Positions 1 through 8,745 of a stretch of 54,317 bases of DNA are shown piece by piece. Every line of letters starts with the position of its first letter. Position 1 is the first letter of the stretch. Source of the stretch: a virus; the IMG/VR virus record IMGVR_UViG_3300045391_001808, positions 1 to 54,317 of that record; one strand, 5' to 3'. Position numbers and translations under genes: made by a program. The notes beneath the pieces are model-generated. The model searched no databases. It saw nothing but the letters and a program-made list of their open reading frames with translations, and had not been told where the DNA came from.

Positions 1-69
1 AGCGCCTCCGCAGAAAATCCAACCTGGACTCCGGCGAGTAGCACACAATTAGCTGCAACCATTGCCTCA
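1..69. repeat. terminal direct repeat (assembly overlap / circular closure)
   Basis: Bases 1-69 (agcgcctccgcagaaaatcc...attgcctca) are identical to 54249-54317. This implies a circular or circularly permuted unit of 54248 bp. Confidence 0.9.
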
Positions 70-195
70 TTTAAGTCGTCGGGCGGTGGAGGCGGCGGAA
101 ACACAACCGACTTCTTCCTTCTACTCGGCAAGCAAGATCACAGCTACCGACGCCTGCTCCGCGACATCGACCACACCCTTGCACTAGCCCCATAA
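1..195 (+). CDS. 3' end of wrap-around ORF (continuation of 53661..54317); putative tail-associated protein
   Basis: Frame 1 is open from base 1 to TAA 193-195. Base 54249 (= base 1) is a codon start of the ORF opening at ATG 53661, so the two parts join in frame on the circular map (about 260 aa). Confidence 0.6.
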   Translation, partial: SASAENPTWTPASSTQLAATIASFKSSGGGGGGNTTDFFLLLGKQDHSYRRLLRDIDHTLALAP

Positions 196-199
196 GCAC

Positions 200-946
200 A
201 TGTCATACAAGTACCTGGTACAAGGGTCCTACGATGACCCACAGTTTCGACGCTTTGTCCTGAGCGACGGCGCGCTACTGACGCATGATGGCAGCACGTG
301 GGCCGACGCAGGTAGCATCGACTTCGGCGTTGACGGCGTTCTCGGTGGCGCGCAGCTGTTCTCAGTCGGTAGCGGTGACGCGATAGACCTTGCCGAGTCG
401 GACGAGTTCGACGACCGACTGCCGGGCGAGTTCGCGTACGTCTACGAGGGCGTGCCGGTCCTCGGCGAGCACCTCGGCTTCTCTGAGTCTCCCGCGCCCG
501 TCGACGAGGAGATGGAGGAGGGCGACCGTGTGCCCTATCCTACTCGTGGCGACGTCGAGGCAGTGTTTGGGGTCGAGAATGTCAAGAAGTGGGCGGACCT
601 CGACGACGACCAGGACGAGATTAAGATAGCTGCTCGCATCCTGTGGGCCAGGCAGGAAGCGTCTGACGAGATCGACGACCGCATACGCTGCGGACCTTAC
701 GTCGTCCCGTTCGAGTCGCCCTACCCGCGACAGGTCGTGAGGCGATCAGCTATCCTTGCAGGGGTAATACTATACGACTCGCGTGGAGCCACAGACATGG
801 ACGTGAACGACGAGCCCATGCACCGGCTGTCGCCGATGCGTAAGCAGGTCGAGAAGTGGCTGTCGCAGATACTGGCCGGCCGTGTCAAATTCTCTGGAGT
901 CTCTCGTGCCACTGAGATACCGAAGGTCGTCTGTTACGAAGACTAA
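200..946 (+). CDS. head-tail connector / head completion protein, DUF1320 (Mu gp36)-like C-terminal half
   Basis: 248-aa ORF. The C-terminal half (AARILWARQEASDEIDDRIRCGPYVVPF...RRSAILAGVILYDSRG...RKQVEKWLSQILAGRVKF) follows the DUF1320 pattern as I recall it. It lies directly upstream of the MuF-like, protease and capsid genes. Confidence 0.5.
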   Translation: MSYKYLVQGSYDDPQFRRFVLSDGALLTHDGSTWADAGSIDFGVDGVLGGAQLFSVGSGDAIDLAESDEFDDRLPGEFAYVYEGVPVLGEHLGFSESPAPVDEEMEEGDRVPYPTRGDVEAVFGVENVKKWADLDDDQDEIKIAARILWARQEASDEIDDRIRCGPYVVPFESPYPRQVVRRSAILAGVILYDSRGATDMDVNDEPMHRLSPMRKQVEKWLSQILAGRVKFSGVSRATEIPKVVCYED

Positions 947-1757
947 GTCGCTGCGCGAGGCCGAGGCGAGAGGGACCAGGGCCGTCAAGGCCTTCGCGGC
1001 CCGACTTCGAGGGCGGGCCATCTCCGACACGCTTCGTGGCAACCAGCCGACTGTAGGAGCGGAGCTGCGCAGGTTCGCTACGTCGGAGCTTCGTGACTCG
1101 ATGATCCTCGCGCACCTTCTCGCACTACGCGACACGGGCGTGAAGAAGCTGCAGCTGTCGAGCTACGACCGTGCGATAAGTGTCGTCAACAGACAGATGA
1201 AAGTCAACCTGAGAAAGCTGCAGGCAAAGTATGAGACTGACGCGCTGCGTATCGTCAACAACGTGTCTGAGAAAGTCGACCGCGAGCTGCGAGAGACTTT
1301 CCTCGAGCTGCTGCAGGGTGGCGCCCACGTCAAGGAAGCACGGGCCGCGCTGGAACAGAAGTTCGACGACCTCGGGCTGACCGAGAAGTCAGGCTTCGAG
1401 ATCGATACCATCTTTCGCACGCAGTCGCAGATCGCGTACGGCGCCGGATCGTGGGAGGCTGACCAGGATCCCGACGTGCAGGAGATCCTGTGGGGCTATC
1501 GCTACTCGGCAGTAGGCGACGGCCGCACGCGGCCGGTACACGCCGCGCTCGACGGTGTGACGCTGCCTAAGGACGACCCGTTCTGGCAGACGTTCTGGCC
1601 ACCCAACGGTTGGAACTGCAGGTGTACCATCATCCAGCTGTTCTCGCCCGAGCCAGAAGTCTACCCACCCGACGTAGCTGACGACGGCGAGCCGATCGCA
1701 CCCGACCCTGGGTTCGGGTTCAACCCCGGACGGGTGTTCGCACTGGCAGTTTCTTGA
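906..1757 (+). CDS. head morphogenesis protein, Mu F / SPP1 gp7 family
   Basis: C-terminal WGYRYSAVGDGRTRPVHAALDGVTLPKDDPFW...PPNGWNCRCTI is the Phage_Mu_F signature. The ORF opens at GTG 882; I prefer GTG 906 because GGAG lies 7 nt upstream. The start is uncertain. Confidence 0.8.
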   Translation: MPLRYRRSSVTKTKSLREAEARGTRAVKAFAARLRGRAISDTLRGNQPTVGAELRRFATSELRDSMILAHLLALRDTGVKKLQLSSYDRAISVVNRQMKVNLRKLQAKYETDALRIVNNVSEKVDRELRETFLELLQGGAHVKEARAALEQKFDDLGLTEKSGFEIDTIFRTQSQIAYGAGSWEADQDPDVQEILWGYRYSAVGDGRTRPVHAALDGVTLPKDDPFWQTFWPPNGWNCRCTIIQLFSPEPEVYPPDVADDGEPIAPDPGFGFNPGRVFALAVS

Positions 1758-1812
1758 AGGTCAGACGAAAACGAATGACGTGATCGAGTACTATATCGAT
1801 GGAGATGAAACT

Positions 1813-2853
1813 ATGAAGTTCGCAGACGATCTAGCCGTAGCGTACAGCCTCGAGGGGACCCAGCCGGGGCTCCTGATGATGTCTGACGGCACGACGGCCA
1901 CCTACCTGAAGGAACTGATCTACGTCGGTGACTTTCAGAAGGGTGACATGAAGTTCTCAGTCGACGAGCCCACGCTCGACCACTGGGACAAGAGTGTCAA
2001 GAAGATGACCGCGAACGGGGTGAAGATCCCTATACCGCTGGAGCACACCACTGACCCGGAGAAGAACCGAGGCTACCTCGTAGGTACCCAGCGCGGGAAG
2101 AACTCCCGAGGGTTACCTGCCCTCTTCGGCCTGGTGCAGTTCCGCGACTCCGAGGAGGGACGCAAGCTCGCAGCTTCATCCGACGTCTCCATCTACGTGC
2201 CGCCGAGATTCAAGGACGGCCGTGGAAACCCATACGATCACCCCATCACACACGTCGCGTTGACGTCGTACCCCGTCATACCGCAGCTCGACTCGTTCAA
2301 GGCGATCGCTGCCTCGCTGACCTCAGGAGATTCAAACATGGAACTGTCCGCCTTGAGCCTTGCTCAGAAGTTGGGCATCGACGTCAACGGTCTGGACGAG
2401 AACACGGCCGAGACGAAAGTCGTGGACTACGTCAACCAGCTCAAAGCCAAAGTAGCGCCTGTCGCACCGGCAGCGCCTGCCGCACCGGCGCCTCCAGCTT
2501 TCCGACCGCAGGTACCCGGCGCGATGGCCGCGTCGCAGACCGCGCTCGTGAAGCAAGTTCGCGAGATGAAGCTGTCGGAGCTCGTCCGTGACGGGCACAT
2601 CACCAAGGCGACGCACGACGGCCTGGTGAAACAGTACTGCGACGACGATGCCATCGCGCTGAGCCTGGCGAGCGACGACGCCAACTTCAACGCGCCGTTC
2701 GACTCGCTGGTCGAGACGCTCAAGCAGAACGTCGCATTCGTTCCCGGCGGTAAGACTGCTGCACAGGCAGTAGCCCTGTCCAAAGTAGCAGACGCCAAGA
2801 CCAACCCACTGCTCGCCAACGCAGAGATGCGTGCCGCTGCAGCAAAGCGCTAG
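1813..2853 (+). CDS. prohead protease / scaffold fusion, Mu gpI-like
   Basis: The N-terminal domain (VKIPIPLEHTTDPEKNRGYL...ITHVALTSYPV) resembles the Mu-like prophage protein I family. An Ala/Pro linker (APVAPAAPAAPAPPA) is followed by a helical C-terminal half. ATG 1813 has GGAG 8 nt upstream (the ORF opens at GTG 1780). Confidence 0.65.
   Translation: MKFADDLAVAYSLEGTQPGLLMMSDGTTATYLKELIYVGDFQKGDMKFSVDEPTLDHWDKSVKKMTANGVKIPIPLEHTTDPEKNRGYLVGTQRGKNSRGLPALFGLVQFRDSEEGRKLAASSDVSIYVPPRFKDGRGNPYDHPITHVALTSYPVIPQLDSFKAIAASLTSGDSNMELSALSLAQKLGIDVNGLDENTAETKVVDYVNQLKAKVAPVAPAAPAAPAPPAFRPQVPGAMAASQTALVKQVREMKLSELVRDGHITKATHDGLVKQYCDDDAIALSLASDDANFNAPFDSLVETLKQNVAFVPGGKTAAQAVALSKVADAKTNPLLANAEMRAAAAKR
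2338..2853 (+). CDS. possible nested in-frame scaffold protein
   Basis: In-frame ATG 2338 (residue 187 of the 1780 ORF) is preceded by AGGAG (2325-2329) at 8-nt spacing. It lies at the boundary between the protease-like domain and the linker/helical half, an arrangement like lambda C/Nu3 or Mu I/Z. Confidence 0.35.
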   Translation: MELSALSLAQKLGIDVNGLDENTAETKVVDYVNQLKAKVAPVAPAAPAAPAPPAFRPQVPGAMAASQTALVKQVREMKLSELVRDGHITKATHDGLVKQYCDDDAIALSLASDDANFNAPFDSLVETLKQNVAFVPGGKTAAQAVALSKVADAKTNPLLANAEMRAAAAKR

Positions 2854-2897
2854 CACCGGCTACGCTGCATCTCACACTTCAAACTGGAGACTAGACA

Positions 2898-3302
2898 ATG
2901 AGTAGGGTATACGAGAAGGGGCTTGTCGGTGGCGACTTCATCATTATGGAGTCGGACGCTGCTTTCACCCGCGACTCGAAGACCATCGACAACAGCGCTG
3001 GTGAGGACGACTTGGTCCTCGAGGCTGGCTACCCGATGGACGACAACGTCCCGGAGGTAGCTGCCAACCACGCCCAGGTCGACGGCTTCCTCGTCGAGGG
3101 AGTCACGGTCCCTGCCGGTGAGAAGCGCAAGGTCGCAGTCCTAGCGCGTGGACCAGCAGTCGTCAACCTCGACGCGCTGCCGGTCAACGACTACGCTGGC
3201 GACCCCTGGTCGCACTCGAACCTCCAGGCCGCGATCGAGGCACTGGACGCAGACATCGTCTTCCGTCGGGAGCCGACGAAGAAGGAGACCCAGACCACGT
3301 AG
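2898..3302 (+). CDS. head decoration protein (lambda gpD-like)
   Basis: 134 aa, immediately upstream of the E-like capsid gene. The motif KVAVLARGPAVVNLDAL and the size fit the head decoration protein D family. Confidence 0.7.
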   Translation: MSRVYEKGLVGGDFIIMESDAAFTRDSKTIDNSAGEDDLVLEAGYPMDDNVPEVAANHAQVDGFLVEGVTVPAGEKRKVAVLARGPAVVNLDALPVNDYAGDPWSHSNLQAAIEALDADIVFRREPTKKETQTT

Positions 3303-3350
3303 TGTGGTCCGGCTCGAAGGACTAATTCCCATTCTCGGAGCGTAGACAAA

Positions 3351-4352
3351 ATGTTAGACGTATTCTCGAATGACATCTTCAGCACGATCTCGCTGACGAC
3401 GTCGATCAACAAGCTGCCGTTCTCGCCGAAGAAGCTGGGAAGCCAGGGCCTCTTTCGGACTCGCGGCGTCACGACCACGTCCATCGTGGTCGAGGAAAAG
3501 AATGGCGTGTTGTACCTAGTGCCTACCCAGGCACGTGGCACGATGCCTAACGTTATCTCTGGCCCGAAGCGCAAGGCACGGTCCTTCGTGATCCCGAGCA
3601 TTCCTGTGAACGGCGCCGTACTCGCGGACGACGTGCAGGGCGTCCGAGCTTTCGGCTCGGAGGACGCCATCGAGGCTGTTGCCGACGTGGTGAACGACAA
3701 GCTGGCCCTGATGAAGGAGTCGCTCGAAGTCACCAAGGAGTACCACCGCATCGGCGCCATCCAGGGCGTCACGTACGACGCGGACGGCACGACGGTGATC
3801 TACGACTTCTTCGACGAGTTCGACCTGACCGAGGAAGAGTTCGAGTTCGACTTCTCGGAAGAGAACAACGTCAAGCTCAACTCCCTCGCCATCCAGCGCT
3901 ACATCGAAGATATCCTCGGCGGCACCACGTACACGGGCATCAAGTGCCTGTGCGGCTCCGAGTTCTTCGACCAGCTGGTGACGTGCGCAGAAGTCAAGGC
4001 CGCGTACGACCGCTGGAAGGAAGGCCAGCACCTGCGCGATAGCGGCTTCCGACAGCCGTTCGAGTATGCTGACATCATGTTCGAAGAGTACCGCGGTAGC
4101 GTCGGAAACGTCGCGTTCATCGAACCCGACGTCGCCCGGTTCTACCCAGAGGGCGTGCCCGACCTCTTCGAGGAGATCTACGCACCGGCCCCGTTCATGG
4201 AGACTGTGAACACCAAGGGCCTCCCGATGTACGCCAAGAAAGAACCGATGAAGTGGGATCTCGGCGTGGAACTGCACGCTCAGACGAACCCACTCATCAT
4301 GTGTAACCGACCGCAAGTTCTCGTGAAGGGGACGATCGCTGCCGGATCCTAG
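3351..4352 (+). CDS. major capsid protein, lambda gpE family
   Basis: 333 aa. The N-terminus MLDVFSNDIFSTISLTTSINKLPFSPKKLGSQGLF and the overall length are typical of Phage_cap_E. It is followed by a strong intrinsic terminator. Confidence 0.85.
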   Translation: MLDVFSNDIFSTISLTTSINKLPFSPKKLGSQGLFRTRGVTTTSIVVEEKNGVLYLVPTQARGTMPNVISGPKRKARSFVIPSIPVNGAVLADDVQGVRAFGSEDAIEAVADVVNDKLALMKESLEVTKEYHRIGAIQGVTYDADGTTVIYDFFDEFDLTEEEFEFDFSEENNVKLNSLAIQRYIEDILGGTTYTGIKCLCGSEFFDQLVTCAEVKAAYDRWKEGQHLRDSGFRQPFEYADIMFEEYRGSVGNVAFIEPDVARFYPEGVPDLFEEIYAPAPFMETVNTKGLPMYAKKEPMKWDLGVELHAQTNPLIMCNRPQVLVKGTIAAGS

Positions 4353-4370
4353 TCATGGATCGATGTGGTG

Positions 4371-4405
4371 AGCCGCGTGGCTGGAGACGGCCACGCGGCT
4401 TTTTT
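4371..4405 (+). terminator. rho-independent terminator after the capsid gene
   Basis: An 11-bp perfect stem pairs agccgcgtggc (4371-4381) with gccacgcggct (4390-4400). The loop is 8 nt, followed by a T6 run (4400-4405). Confidence 0.8.
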
Positions 4406-4409
4406 CATA

Positions 4410-5096
4410 ATGATACAAGGAACCGTTCGTATAGAACTGAAGGACCTCGAGAAGTTCGGCGCGGCTGTCGACGAGGCGCTTGCTAACCCCAACTCTTCGA
4501 GTCCGGTGCGCTCGGCCCTCAAGCAGTGGGCTGCACGCTATCGTGGGTTTGCACGAGACCGGTTCGACAGGTACAGTAAGGGTGGTGGCGACTGGCCAGC
4601 ACTGGCGATCTCGACCGCCCGACGCAGGAAGGACATCGCGAAGCGACGAGCTCGCATACAAAAGTTGCAGCGGGCACTGTCGAAGTTGAAGAAGTCAGGA
4701 GCCTCGGCGTCAAGGTTGAAGAAGGCGAGGGCCTCGCTGGAGAAGGCGACGAGAGTCGCCAACACCAGGCGGTCCTCCGCAGCAAGAGACAAGGGAAGGC
4801 TGGTGAACGCAGGCGGGGTGGTGTCGATATTGCGGGACACCGGCACACTGTTCAACGCGTTGGACCCGCAGTTCACGGGCAAGCCGGGCGCCTTGGAGCA
4901 CCACATGCCGTTCGGAGTAGAGGTAGGATACGGTGGGCCGGGTAGGTATCCCGACGGCGCGACTGTTGCCGACATCGCGTCGTTCCACCAAGAAGGTGGT
5001 GGCAGGCTGCCGAAGCGAGAGATCGTAGTCGCGCCGCCCGAGACTGTGATGGTCGCGATGGCCGCAGACATGGAACGCGCGCTAGGAAAGATGTAA
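4410..5096 (+). CDS. virion morphogenesis / head-tail joining protein (Mu G or HK97 gp10-like, tentative)
   Basis: ATG 4410 lies just after the terminator (the ORF opens at GTG 4365 inside the hairpin). The segment ILRDTGTLFNAL...FGVEVGYGG...ADIASFHQEGGG resembles virion-morphogenesis family proteins. Confidence 0.6.
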   Translation: MIQGTVRIELKDLEKFGAAVDEALANPNSSSPVRSALKQWAARYRGFARDRFDRYSKGGGDWPALAISTARRRKDIAKRRARIQKLQRALSKLKKSGASASRLKKARASLEKATRVANTRRSSAARDKGRLVNAGGVVSILRDTGTLFNALDPQFTGKPGALEHHMPFGVEVGYGGPGRYPDGATVADIASFHQEGGGRLPKREIVVAPPETVMVAMAADMERALGKM

Positions 5097-5611
5097 TGAA
5101 CCCATTCGACCTGGTATACGACGCACTCTGGCAGATGGTACTTGACAGTACCCCGATGTCCGAGCTCGTCAAGCCAGGCAACATCATCAGGTACGACCAG
5201 ACGTCCAGAGACCCTTACAAGAAGGAAGTAGCGACCGAGGATTTGCCAGAACTGGTGCTGACGTCAGAAGGTGCCGACGACATCAACATGCACGCGACGT
5301 CTTGCACGTCGATGTTGCGCAGGACGTACGCCTTCATGATCAGCACTGGGGACTTCCGCCTGCAGAAGATACTGCACCCCGTAGAGTGGGCGCTCTTCTG
5401 CAGCATGTCGGACTTCCGATCGCGCCTGGGATCGCTCCAGTGGGAGGGCGAGAACTTCGTCAAGGAAGCAAACTTCGTCAGCGTGCTCAACGGTACGTCT
5501 GACCCAGACAAGAATCGCGGTATAAGAGGCTGGTCGGCAGTATGGCGTTGTCGCGTGGCGATGCACTTCCGGACAGCCAGCCTTAGAGCATACACAGCAG
5601 GAGGGTCGTGA
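5096..5611 (+). CDS. head-tail joining / tail completion protein (DUF3168-like, tentative)
   Basis: 171 aa with a TAATG overlap with the upstream gene. The N-terminus MNPFDLVYDALWQMVLDSTPMSELV and its position before the tail tube gene support the call. Confidence 0.55.
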   Translation: MNPFDLVYDALWQMVLDSTPMSELVKPGNIIRYDQTSRDPYKKEVATEDLPELVLTSEGADDINMHATSCTSMLRRTYAFMISTGDFRLQKILHPVEWALFCSMSDFRSRLGSLQWEGENFVKEANFVSVLNGTSDPDKNRGIRGWSAVWRCRVAMHFRTASLRAYTAGGS

Positions 5612-6477
5612 TGTCAGTAAGATCCGGTGTCTACGCAGCAGTGAACGGCATTGCCACCCTTCGCAACTGGGTGCTGAGTCGCACGTCGTCTACCAAACCG
5701 TACGTGGCCAGCAACACGCTGGGCGGCACGGGCCGCCGACGTGGCGTGATCGACTGGAGCGGGTCGCTGTCGCAGTACGGTGGCATTCCAGACGCCATGC
5801 CGGGCGAGACGTTCGCGTTCGCGGGCTACACGTCACCAGGTACTGGCGTCCTCGGGGACGACGGTACGGTCTACGCAGGCAACGCGATCGTCGACTCTGT
5901 TGCTGTCAACTGGAACTGGGAGACGGGCGACCCGATCAACATCTCGACTAACTTCGGTGGCAACGGCCCGCTCACCTCGTCGCAGACTGACGCGGTCGTG
6001 GACGAGACGTTCCCGGCAGTGCCCACGCCACTGGAGCTGCCGTTCCAGATACTGGACCTCGACGGCGGCTCGGGCGGGTGGTCGGAGATATGCGACGTGA
6101 CGTCGGCCACGCTGAACATCACGGCCGCGAACAAGACGTACGCCAACTCCTGCACCGACGGGATCATGATGCGGAAGCCTGGCCCGATCGACTGGACGCT
6201 CAGTGTGACGTTCCAGAACGACGACTTCATGAACGGCTTCCCGTTCGACATCAACGACGTGGTCGGCTTCCGCCTGCCCGTCGACGAAACGAACTACTGG
6301 GAGCTGCTATGGGGCATCGTCCAGGGGTATTCTAACTTTACTGTCGACCGCGAGACGGGCAACATCATCGCTGTCACGGTCAACTTCGAGATGTGTGGGT
6401 TCGATCACGACACAGAGAGCGTCGGGCGTATCGTACTGCCAGGCGCCGCTGAACCATGGTGGGGTGAGGCTGCATGA
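5611..6477 (+). CDS. putative major tail (tube) protein
   Basis: 288 aa. AGGAGGG lies 5 nt upstream of ATG 5611. The gene sits immediately before the chaperone pair and tape measure. The call is by synteny only. Confidence 0.6.
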   Translation: MSVRSGVYAAVNGIATLRNWVLSRTSSTKPYVASNTLGGTGRRRGVIDWSGSLSQYGGIPDAMPGETFAFAGYTSPGTGVLGDDGTVYAGNAIVDSVAVNWNWETGDPINISTNFGGNGPLTSSQTDAVVDETFPAVPTPLELPFQILDLDGGSGGWSEICDVTSATLNITAANKTYANSCTDGIMMRKPGPIDWTLSVTFQNDDFMNGFPFDINDVVGFRLPVDETNYWELLWGIVQGYSNFTVDRETGNIIAVTVNFEMCGFDHDTESVGRIVLPGAAEPWWGEAA

Positions 6478-6947
6478 GCGACGTAGCACTGACTGGAGCT
6501 GTCGAGGAGGTGACGATAGCCGGCACGAAGTACCGGATGTCGTCCCTCAGCGACAAGGACATCGTCGAGCTGGACATCTGGCTGCAGCAGCGGATCGTTG
6601 CTGTGGCCAGGGAGAGTCTCGACGGTGTGACCGACCAGACGCTGCGGGACGAGACTCTCGCAGTAGCCATGCGCACGGCGATGGCGACGTCTTGGATCTC
6701 GCCGCTGGGTGCCCAAGTACTCGCCACACCCGAGGGCATGGCACGCGTGCTCTACCAGAGCGCGCAGAAGAACGCGAAGCACGACCTCGACATGGGCGCG
6801 ATACGACAGGCCATGCAGCACTCCGAGAACGTGCTGCTGGTCAACATGGCGTTCACCAAGTTGAACCTCGCAGGAGACGACGAGAGGCCGCCCGACAAGG
6901 GGAAGAAGTCGCGCCCTACGACGGCCAGAAGTCGACGCGGCGGGTGA
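6474..6947 (+). CDS. tail assembly chaperone (gpG-like)
   Basis: 157 aa between the tube gene and the tape measure gene. The -1 frame stays open past its stop up to the tape measure start. Confidence 0.7.
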   Translation: MSDVALTGAVEEVTIAGTKYRMSSLSDKDIVELDIWLQQRIVAVARESLDGVTDQTLRDETLAVAMRTAMATSWISPLGAQVLATPEGMARVLYQSAQKNAKHDLDMGAIRQAMQHSENVLLVNMAFTKLNLAGDDERPPDKGKKSRPTTARSRRGG

Positions 6948-7105
6948 TATACCGACTGCTGGCCGAGAAGTATCACTACACCCCGTCACAGATCGCAGAG
7001 ATGCCTCCCGTCGTGCAGGTCATGCTACTCGACGAGAGCGTTGACGGCAAGCGTATGACGTTCACCACGCGAGAAGAATACGAAGCCTGGATGAGGGACC
7101 GATGA
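6474..7105 (+). CDS. tail assembly chaperone, -1 frameshift product (gpGT-like)
   Basis: The -1 frame (ORF 6395..7105) is open across the end of 6474..6947. It encodes a non-junk tail (VIYRLLAEKYHYTPSQIAEMPPVVQVMLLDES...) and ends in ATGA with the tape measure start. The candidate slip site is G GGG AAG at 6899-6905. Confidence 0.5.
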
Positions 7106-8745
7106 ACTTTGCGACGATCTTCCTTCGTGGCGACAACAAGCAGCTCAAGGAAGCGCTCAACGAGTCGGAGAAGGTCGTTGCCCAGTTCGGCGAGAAGGTG
7201 GGCGGCACGCTCAAGACACTCTTCGCAGTGTACGTCGCGAGCCGTGTGCAGGGCTTCATGAAGGACGCCTTTCACGCATTCTCCGAGGAGGACCTCGGCA
7301 TCGCCAAGCTGCAGCAGTCGATCAAGAACTCTGGCGAGCCGTTCGACGTCCTCAACGACAAGATCGAGAAGCTTGCAGTCAGCATACAGCGGCTCACACG
7401 CTTCGGCGACGACCAGACTCGTGAAGCTGCGCGCATGGCAATCAACATGGGCGTGACCAGTGACAAGATCGAGGAGCAGGTCAAACTTGCTGCCGACCTA
7501 GCAGAACATCTCGGCACCACGCTGCCAGGCGCCATGCAGATGCTGACGCGCATGGCGGCATACCCACAGATGGCCTTCCGCATGCTGCGGCAGACCGGCA
7601 TCGAGTTCACGCAAGCCGAGCAGGCACAAATCAAGGAGCTCATAAAGACCGGGCAGACGATGGAGGCTACTGCCCTCATCACAGAGAAGCTCAAGCAGAA
7701 GGTCGGAGGTCTGGCCGAGGAGATCGGGAACCGCGCTGCGGGCAAGATCGCCAAGATGTCCAACGAGCTCGGTGACTTCAAGGAGAACCTCGGTAAGATG
7801 CTCGCACAACTGAACGAGAGGACTGGAGCGAGCGAGAAGCTGCTGGGCATCGCGAAACTTGGCAACGAGCTTGCCGGTGGCGGTTCTTCTGCGAACACCC
7901 TGTCGACGCCCACTCCTGACCCAGAGACGATAGGAGAGTCAGAGAGGGCACTGCGAAAGTTGAACGCAGAGATCGGCACGATGCGTTCCGAGATGCGGGC
8001 GCTCGTGTCTACAATGCCTACTGCTGCAGAGATGCTACTGCCGTGGAACACAGTGACCGGCTTCATGACCGGCGGGCGGGTGCAGGAACTGAAGGAGCAG
8101 GTCGACAAGCTAGTGGCACAGCGCGACCGACTGGCCGCGGAGTTCGCAGAGACAGACCTCGAGCGCGACATCGTGACGCCGTGGACCACGATGAGCGAGA
8201 ACCTGCGAGACAATCTCGCCGACCTCGGTGCCCAGATGCAGTCCGCGTTCAAGACGATCCCAGACCTGGCAGCAAAGACGAGCGGCGACTTCTCGATGGC
8301 AGTCTCTCGCAAGTCGAAGGAGCAGTTCAAGAAGGACCTCGAGGCGTTCCTGGGCGGCGTCAAGACTGCACGGATGACGTTCGACGAGGAGAGCGCGAAG
8401 CTGGAGAAGTTCAAGGACAAGCTGACGGACGACCAGTACCGCCTGCAGCGTGCTAAGATACAGAAGGACTTCGAGGAGGCGAAAAAGTCGGAAGACGAGC
8501 TGCTCAAGCGCTCGCCGATCAAGAAGGGCTTCACCTCTGCGATCGAGGACATCATGTCCGCGAACAATCGCATCGCTGCAGCTGCCGCGTCGATGCCTGA
8601 TACTGTGGACCGCCAGGTCGAGGCCATCAAGAAGGTAGAGAAGGCCATCGCTCCCGTCTCCAGCATAAGTGACAACACCCGGATGACCAAGGAGGGCATC
8701 GACAAGATCGTCGAGAGCCTGCCACTAGTCGGAGTACTAGCCTGA
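7102..8745 (+). CDS. tape measure protein
   Basis: 547 aa, highly helical and A/E/K/L/Q rich. It sits in the canonical position after the G/GT pair. Confidence 0.8.
   Translation: MNFATIFLRGDNKQLKEALNESEKVVAQFGEKVGGTLKTLFAVYVASRVQGFMKDAFHAFSEEDLGIAKLQQSIKNSGEPFDVLNDKIEKLAVSIQRLTRFGDDQTREAARMAINMGVTSDKIEEQVKLAADLAEHLGTTLPGAMQMLTRMAAYPQMAFRMLRQTGIEFTQAEQAQIKELIKTGQTMEATALITEKLKQKVGGLAEEIGNRAAGKIAKMSNELGDFKENLGKMLAQLNERTGASEKLLGIAKLGNELAGGGSSANTLSTPTPDPETIGESERALRKLNAEIGTMRSEMRALVSTMPTAAEMLLPWNTVTGFMTGGRVQELKEQVDKLVAQRDRLAAEFAETDLERDIVTPWTTMSENLRDNLADLGAQMQSAFKTIPDLAAKTSGDFSMAVSRKSKEQFKKDLEAFLGGVKTARMTFDEESAKLEKFKDKLTDDQYRLQRAKIQKDFEEAKKSEDELLKRSPIKKGFTSAIEDIMSANNRIAAAAASMPDTVDRQVEAIKKVEKAIAPVSSISDNTRMTKEGIDKIVESLPLVGVLA

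Noticed and set aside
6395-7105. 236-aa plus-strand ORF overlapping the tube gene end and the whole chaperone gene.
   Set aside because: Its first ~170 residues are Arg/Gly/His-rich junk. Only the last ~66 codons look protein-like, so I interpret it as the -1 frame used by the G/GT frameshift rather than an independent gene.
7272-8705. Long minus-strand ORFs (477 aa here; also 14423-15340, 24652-25734, 20926-21672, 3191-3790, 40751-41596 and others).
   Set aside because: Each lies antisense to a plus-strand gene with clear family motifs. Their translations are Arg/Ser/Ala/Pro-rich low-complexity strings typical of shadow frames in GC-rich DNA. None has an RBS or promoter context.
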